The notes beneath the pieces were generated by a model. It was not told where the DNA came from. It made no database searches and saw nothing but the letters and a program-made list of their open reading frames with translations. A DNA stretch of 63,989 nt, counting the filler, from an uncultured Acidimicrobiia bacterium (GTDB lineage Bacteria > Actinomycetota > Acidimicrobiia > Spongiisociales > JAOTWH01), in NCBI GenBank assembly GCA_964347285.1. It is 3 parts of 3 records of this genome, joined end to end, with 100 filler letters (N's around TTAATTAATTAA, not from the genome) between each part and the next. Parts side by side here need not be neighbours in the genome. Positions count along the whole stretch, not along the records: positions 51,991 to 63,989 come from CAYFYE010000077.1; 2 more parts are not named here. The stretch is one strand, 5' to 3'. Of this stretch, positions 59,028-63,989 are shown one piece after another; positions within the stretch are counted from its first letter, which is position 1, and each line of letters starts with the position of its first letter. Both the position numbers and the translations under genes were made by a program.

Positions 59028-59606
59028 ATGCACCGGTTCATGACCATCCTGGTGGCGGCGGCCCTGTTGCTGGCGGCCTGCGGAGACTCGGGAGGGACCG
59101 ATGAGGCCGCTCCGGCGGAGACCCCCGCCGACGCCACGGAAGCCGCCGAGACCACGGCAGCGCCCGAGACGGCAGCGCCCGAGACGGCGGCGCCCGAGAC
59201 GGCGGCCCCCGAGACGGAAGCGCCTTCGAGCGACGACGCTTCCGACTTCGGAGTGTTTGCCGACGAGGACTGCCTGTTCCTGGTCGAGGCGCTGCAGGCG
59301 GCACCGTTGGCGGCGCTGGGCGATCCGGAATCGGCCAGTCTGGAGGACACCGCCCGGCTCATGGAAGAAGTCGCCCGGGCCGCCCCCGACGAGATCAAGC
59401 AGGACATGCAGACACTCGCCGAGGCCTTCGCCGCCTTCGCCGAGGCCGCCGCAGAGGCGGGCGTCGACTTCGCCAACCCGGCCACGTTCACGCCCGAGGC
59501 CATCGAAGAGCTCGAATCCGCCGCTGCGGCCACATTCGACAGCCCCGAGGTCCAGGACGCCGGCGATAGGGTCAGTACCTTCTTCGACGAGAAGTGCGCG
59601 GGCTGA
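59028..59606 (+). CDS. Acidic lipoprotein with TAAPE repeats
   Basis: Lipobox LLAAC, repeat stalk, helical domain with two Cys. Confidence 0.8.
   Translation: MHRFMTILVAAALLLAACGDSGGTDEAAPAETPADATEAAETTAAPETAAPETAAPETAAPETEAPSSDDASDFGVFADEDCLFLVEALQAAPLAALGDPESASLEDTARLMEEVARAAPDEIKQDMQTLAEAFAAFAEAAAEAGVDFANPATFTPEAIEELESAAAATFDSPEVQDAGDRVSTFFDEKCAG
59154..59225. repeat. 15-bp tandem repeat, ~5 copies (ACGGCRGCSCCCGAG = TAAPE)
   Basis: Directly visible, in frame. Confidence 0.9.
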
Positions 59607-59675
59607 CGAGGCCGGATCCACCGGGCCACGGGGAATCTCGGGCAGCCGGCGCGGTCCCGGGGCCGGGGAGGCCTG

Positions 59676-60131
59676 CTAGCGCACCTTTCCGTCGGCCACG
59701 TCGAGCACCAGCGTCACCGGGCCGTCGTTGATCAGGTCGACCTCCATCATGGCCCCGAACCGGCCGCCGGCGCACGGCACCCCACGCTCCTCGACCAGCT
59801 CCCCCAGACGCTCGACCAGCGGCTCGGCCACCTCGGGCGGGGCCGCGCCCACAAACGACGGCCGGCGGCCCCGGCCGACGTCGGCCAGCAACGTGAATTG
59901 GCTCACCGCCAGGATCGACCCCCCCACCTCGCCCACCGAGCGGTTCATCTTTCCCTCGTCGTCGGCGAACACCCGCAGCCCCACCAGCTTGTCGGCCAGT
60001 GCCCGGGCATCGGCCTCGGTGTCGGTAGGGGCCACGCCCACCAGCACCGCCAGCCCTTGCCCAATGGCCCCGACCGTCTCCGCCCCGACGACCACCGAGG
60101 CTCGCCTCACCCGCTGCACCACGGCTCGCAT
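59676..60131 (-). CDS. dtd: D-aminoacyl-tRNA deacylase
   Basis: MRAVVQRV, LRVF.D..GKMN, SQFTL, G.RPSF, FGAMM.V...NDGPVT. Confidence 0.96.
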   Translation of the reverse strand: MRAVVQRVRRASVVVGAETVGAIGQGLAVLVGVAPTDTEADARALADKLVGLRVFADDEGKMNRSVGEVGGSILAVSQFTLLADVGRGRRPSFVGAAPPEVAEPLVERLGELVEERGVPCAGGRFGAMMEVDLINDGPVTLVLDVADGKVR

Positions 60132-60483
60132 GACGGGCAGGCTATCGGGCCCGAGGCAGATGCCGTCAATCGGCCCATCGCTCGGCCGGCCTCTCCACCA
60201 CGTTGCGAGGGCGATCCGCACCGTGCGGCCGGGCAGCCCGACCCACCGCGCCGTTCCGCCGGCGCTTGCGGGGCGGCGGTCGACCGGGGCGGGTGCCCTC
60301 CCGGCGGTGTCCACCCGGGCGCCAAGCGCGCCACGATGGAGGCGTCTCTTCCTGCTCGCATGCCGTCTACATGGAAGTTCCTGGGTGACGACTGGGTGCA
60401 GACCGACGGTTACTGTGCGTACATTCATGGGTACTGCCCGGTAGAGGACTCGATTCGAACAGCTGGGGCGGAGCACGAGGTTC

Positions 60484-61458
60484 ATGTCTGTATCACCCGT
60501 CGAATTTCCCGACTTGCCCACCCTGGCGCACGGGTTGAATGCCGCCCTCGAAAGCCATGGGTCTTCCCGGGGCCCGGTGACCATCCTTGCCCGAGAGCCC
60601 AATCCGCGCCGAAGTACCTACCCGAGTGAGGTCGTCGACTGTCGGTTGGCGGATGGAAGCGAAGTGCGGCTGTTGTGCAAGTACGCCGCCGAACGCGGGC
60701 ATTCGGCTCATGGGCATCGGGGCGGCGTTCCCTACGAAGCCGAGGTCTACCGCCACGTTTTGCAGCGCCTACCGGTGTCTGCACCGATGTTCTACGGGCT
60801 GCAGGGCGATGGGGACACCGGCCGGACGTGGTTCGCCATCGAATACATCGACAGGAGTGTGCAGGCCAAGGATCCGCCTTATCGAGAGCCGATGTATGCG
60901 GCCGCCGGCTGGCTGGGCCGGTTTCACCGGGCCAACGAGTCGGCGCTTTCGCCCAGCGCACTGCCCTTTCTCCACAGGCATGATGCTCGGTATTACCTCG
61001 GCTGGTCGGAACGGACCGCGCAGCTGTCTGGCCCCTTGCACCAACGCTTTCGCTGGCTGGCCACCCTGTGCCGACGTTTCGAAGAGGTCGTCGACGACTT
61101 GTTGGAACCGCCGGCGATCATCATCCACGGCGAGTACTACCCGAAGAACATCCTGTTCCGCGACGGGACGGTTTACCCCATCGACTGGGAGTCGACCGCG
61201 GTCGGCATCGGCGCAATAGACCTTGCCAGCCTGATAGAGCGCTGGCCTGCGGCGGTCGTAGAGAGGTGTGAAGCCGAATACCTGTCTGCTCGCTGGCCGG
61301 ACGGCCCACCGGCCGACTTCGCCCAGAGACTCGATCTTGCCAAGCTCTACTGGCGATTCCGCTGGTTGGGCGAACGGCCCGACTGGACCAGAGAGGAAAA
61401 ATCGCGGTGGCGTTTTGGAGAGCTGCGGGTGATCGGTGAACGATTGGGTCTCATCTAG
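60484..61458 (+). CDS. Aminoglycoside phosphotransferase / choline-kinase-like protein
   Basis: LCKY, E..VY, IIHGEYYPKNIL, IDWES, DLASL. Confidence 0.82.
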   Translation: MSVSPVEFPDLPTLAHGLNAALESHGSSRGPVTILAREPNPRRSTYPSEVVDCRLADGSEVRLLCKYAAERGHSAHGHRGGVPYEAEVYRHVLQRLPVSAPMFYGLQGDGDTGRTWFAIEYIDRSVQAKDPPYREPMYAAAGWLGRFHRANESALSPSALPFLHRHDARYYLGWSERTAQLSGPLHQRFRWLATLCRRFEEVVDDLLEPPAIIIHGEYYPKNILFRDGTVYPIDWESTAVGIGAIDLASLIERWPAAVVERCEAEYLSARWPDGPPADFAQRLDLAKLYWRFRWLGERPDWTREEKSRWRFGELRVIGERLGLI

Positions 61459-61674
61459 AGGTGAGATCCCCGACCACAGTCGGGTCGGCGCCGATGGTGG
61501 ATCCTCGGCCTCGGCGATTCTTCCCCGGTGAGACCCCTCGTTTCGTCGAAGAGCACGATTCCTTCCGGAGCCGCCGGCCGACGGCGGGAGCGGTGCCTGC
61601 CGGCACGGTCCGCCGGCGCCTCGGCTTCCCGGCTCCCCCGGACAGGCCTCCCCGACCGGCCTCCCGACGCCCCG

Positions 61675-62172
61675 TCAGACGCCGATCACCGACGTGAAGG
61701 CTCCCCAGAACAGCGAAACCACCAGCCCGGCCACCATCACCCCGACGGCAATCAAGCCCAGCGCTCTCCACTTCCCGACGCCGAACACGTAGGCGGCCAG
61801 GGAGCCGCTCCAGGCACCGGTGATGGGGAGCGGGATCGCCACGAACGTGATGAGGGCCGCATCGCGTAGGCGCTCGTAGCGGCGGGAATGTCGGCGCTCG
61901 GTATAGGAAGAGAGCCGCTCGATGATCCGGTGCAGCCAGCTCCAGTGGCGCTCGGCCCAACCGGCCACCGGCGGCAACAGCCACAGGATGAACGGCACCG
62001 GTACCAGGTTGCCCAGCACCGCCCACCAGTAGGTCTCCACCGGGCCCATGTCGAAGAACGAGCGGCCCAGCGGAACGGCGGCCCGGAGCTCGAGAATCGG
62101 CACCATCGCCACCACGAACACCGCCAGCGGTCCGGGAAGACTCTCGGCCCACTCGAGAATGGCGTCACGCAT
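61675..62172 (-). CDS. Small multi-drug export family membrane protein (COG2426)
   Basis: MVPILELRAAVP, GNLVPVP, FVAIPLPITGAWSG. Confidence 0.9.
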   Translation of the reverse strand: MRDAILEWAESLPGPLAVFVVAMVPILELRAAVPLGRSFFDMGPVETYWWAVLGNLVPVPFILWLLPPVAGWAERHWSWLHRIIERLSSYTERRHSRRYERLRDAALITFVAIPLPITGAWSGSLAAYVFGVGKWRALGLIAVGVMVAGLVVSLFWGAFTSVIGV

Positions 62173-62317
62173 CGCCGGCCTTTCGGTGGGCCTCCAGCCG
62201 CTCGAGCATGGCGTCGGCGACCGACAGCGCCGGCACCTGGTAGCGGCCCCGGCGCACCCGGCGCCGCAGGGCGCGCACCCGTCGGTTTCGCACCAGCTGC
62301 TCGAGGCGGTTCGTCAT
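62165..62317 (-). CDS. 50-aa FlgM C-terminal-like (anti-sigma28-like) microprotein
   Basis: RVRALRRRVRRGRYQVPALSVADAML matches the FlgM pattern (K/R)V..L...I..G.Y.V....(I/V)A..M; ATGA-coupled to the antiporter. Confidence 0.6.
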   Translation of the reverse strand: MTNRLEQLVRNRRVRALRRRVRRGRYQVPALSVADAMLERLEAHRKAGDA

Positions 62318-63543
62318 GAGTGCTCGGCCGCCGGGACCGGCTCCTTCACCGGTGGGACCAGCAGGCGAAACACCACCGGAGCCAGGACCGCGCTCACGGC
62401 CACCAACAACACCGCCCCCGCCTGGAGGCCGGGCGACAGCAACCCCAGGCCGAGGCCCACATCGGCCAGGGCGATGATCACCGACAGCTGGCCCGACAGC
62501 AGGAACCCGGCCCCCAGGGCCTGGCGAAGCGTGAACCGCCGCAGCACCAGCAACAGGAGCGGCAACACCTTGATCACCACCGCCACCAGGATCAACGCCA
62601 TCGCCTGACCGAGCACGCCGGCATCCCCCAGCTCCTCGAGGGGGAACGTGATCCCGACGTTGATGAAGAAGATCGGGATCAGAAAGCCGTATGAGAAGCC
62701 GTTGAGCTGGTCCACCAGCCGGCCCGGGTCGCGAAACACGTAGCTGAACACCAAGCCGGCCAGGAAGGCGCCCAGGATGGCCTCGACGCCCAACAGCGCC
62801 GACATGCCGACGAAGACGAACATCAGGGCCAGGCTGGCCCTGATCCCCATCTCCTGGGGGTCGGTGCTGCTGAACAACCGCTCGAAGCGCTCCGGATACC
62901 ACCAGGCGGCCTGCCGCAGCGCCAGCAACACTGCGGCGATGGCGACGAACAGCAGAGGGACGGTGAGCAGCTCGAGGCCAAAGCCGTCTTCCACGATGAT
63001 GACGAACACCACGATCCCCACCACCGACAGCACCTCGGCGAAGATGGCGGAGATGAGGGTGATCTGACCGAGTCGGCTGCCCGTGTGGCCCCCGGCCCGC
63101 AACGTCGGCACCACCAACCCCAGGGCCGCCGAGGAGATGAGCAGCGTCAGGAAGATGCGCTGGTCGGTGAACTCGGTATCGAGGAATCCGGCGCCGGCCC
63201 AGCCGGCACCGACGATCAGGGTGAACAGGACCATCCCGGTCACGAGCTGGGTGGGGCCCTGGCGCTCGAGGCGGCCGAAGTCGATCTCCATCCCGGCCAG
63301 GAACATCAGCAGGAACAAGCCGAACTCGGCGAGGAACGTCAGCAGCTCCTCGCCCGACTCGATGATGCCGAACACCGGACCCACCAGGATGCCGAAGAGG
63401 ATCTCGGCCACCACCGCCGGCAGCCGGAGCCTGCCGGCCACGATCGGAATGAGGAACGCCGCCCCGGCAATGAGGATCAGCGACAGCGGCGTAGCGACTC
63501 CGTGGGCTCCCCCCTCCTCAGCGGCGAACAGCACGACCTCCAC
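62314..63543 (-). CDS. Cation:proton antiporter (CPA2 family)
   Basis: P.VVAEIL.GILVGP, FLMFLAGMEID, ILGAFLAG, FLIPIFFI.VG. Confidence 0.92.
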   Translation of the reverse strand: MEVVLFAAEEGGAHGVATPLSLILIAGAAFLIPIVAGRLRLPAVVAEILFGILVGPVFGIIESGEELLTFLAEFGLFLLMFLAGMEIDFGRLERQGPTQLVTGMVLFTLIVGAGWAGAGFLDTEFTDQRIFLTLLISSAALGLVVPTLRAGGHTGSRLGQITLISAIFAEVLSVVGIVVFVIIVEDGFGLELLTVPLLFVAIAAVLLALRQAAWWYPERFERLFSSTDPQEMGIRASLALMFVFVGMSALLGVEAILGAFLAGLVFSYVFRDPGRLVDQLNGFSYGFLIPIFFINVGITFPLEELGDAGVLGQAMALILVAVVIKVLPLLLLVLRRFTLRQALGAGFLLSGQLSVIIALADVGLGLGLLSPGLQAGAVLLVAVSAVLAPVVFRLLVPPVKEPVPAAEHS

Positions 63544-63546
63544 GGA

Positions 63547-63989
63547 CTACGCCGGAGCCGGCACCAGCAGCACCGAGACGTCGAGACGCCGAACGAGGTG
63601 GCCGCTGATTCCGGGCGAGGTGACGCTCGGCGCCCGGGCCCCCATCCCCAGTACCACCAGTCCGGCCCCCTCGGAGACTTCCTCGAGCACCCGGACCGGG
63701 TTGCCCTGACGGACCAGGCGGCGGGGCCGGACTCCCAGCGCGGCGGCCTCCTCCCGCAAGCGCATCATCGCCAGCTGGGCATCCTCCTTGGTGTCGCCCC
63801 CGGCCAGGAAGGGCGGAGAGACCACCGCCACACCGGTGAAGCTCGACTTGGTGTAGACCGCCAGGTCGATGGCGGCTCGGGCCGCGGCCCGTCCCGCCGG
63901 GGTGATGCGGGCCGGAGCGATGATGGGACCGGTGCCGAGCGATCCGCGGCTGAACAGCACGGGAGTGCCCAGCCGCCAAGCGGCCCGCA
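63547..63989 (-). CDS. Universal stress protein domain protein (5' end outside the window)
   Basis: RQGNPV..L, LVVLG, S.HLV....SVLLVP USP signature. Confidence 0.8.
   Translation of the reverse strand, partial: RAAWRLGTPVLFSRGSLGTGPIIAPARITPAGRAAARAAIDLAVYTKSSFTGVAVVSPPFLAGGDTKEDAQLAMMRLREEAAALGVRPRRLVRQGNPVRVLEEVSEGAGLVVLGMGARAPSVTSPGISGHLVRRLDVSVLLVPAPA

Noticed and set aside
59154..59225. 15-bp (and 78-bp at 28114) repeats as a possible CRISPR array
   Set aside because: Head-to-tail in-frame coding repeats with no spacers and no cas genes
60336..60629. Short ORF MEASLPARMPSTWKFLGDDWVQTDGYCAYIHGYCP... upstream of the APH gene
   Set aside because: Protein-like but runs well into the APH gene with no recognisable family; may be a remnant, cannot be supported

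Overview
High-GC (visually about 70%) bacterial DNA with an actinobacterial signature (AdnAB pair, CGNR/ABATE regulator, many Thr/Pro-stalked lipoproteins). Acidimicrobiia-like origin is an inference. The window joins at least three scaffolds through N-padded TTAATTAATTAA linkers (26061-26160, 51891-51990) and has a 100-N gap at 3153-3252. Content is mostly metabolic and housekeeping: an ALDH-DegV-PlsY-X-DAK2 lipid operon, a preATP-grasp ligase beside a Cys/Thr proline-racemase-family enzyme, hsp20, a tal-pgi/HAD/gnd/zwf operon, a cytochrome c/MerR/CopB metal locus, pheA, aroF-CM, aceK, ClC, adnAB, dtd and a USP-CPA2 operon. Hidden structure the ORF track does not explain: (i) three ATGA-coupled microprotein ORFs divergent from a CGNR regulator, with twin GTAA-N22-TTAC operator-like sites; (ii) a Phe-rich leader peptide and terminator (attenuator) before aroF-CM; (iii) a lipoprotein gene apparently split by a ~3 kb transposase-free insertion; (iv) a 50-aa FlgM-like microprotein inside an antiporter operon; (v) several frameshifted or remnant genes (merR, snoaL-like, ppdK, SRPBCC-like, HerA-like tail). 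No rRNA, tRNA, CRISPR array or transposase was recognised.
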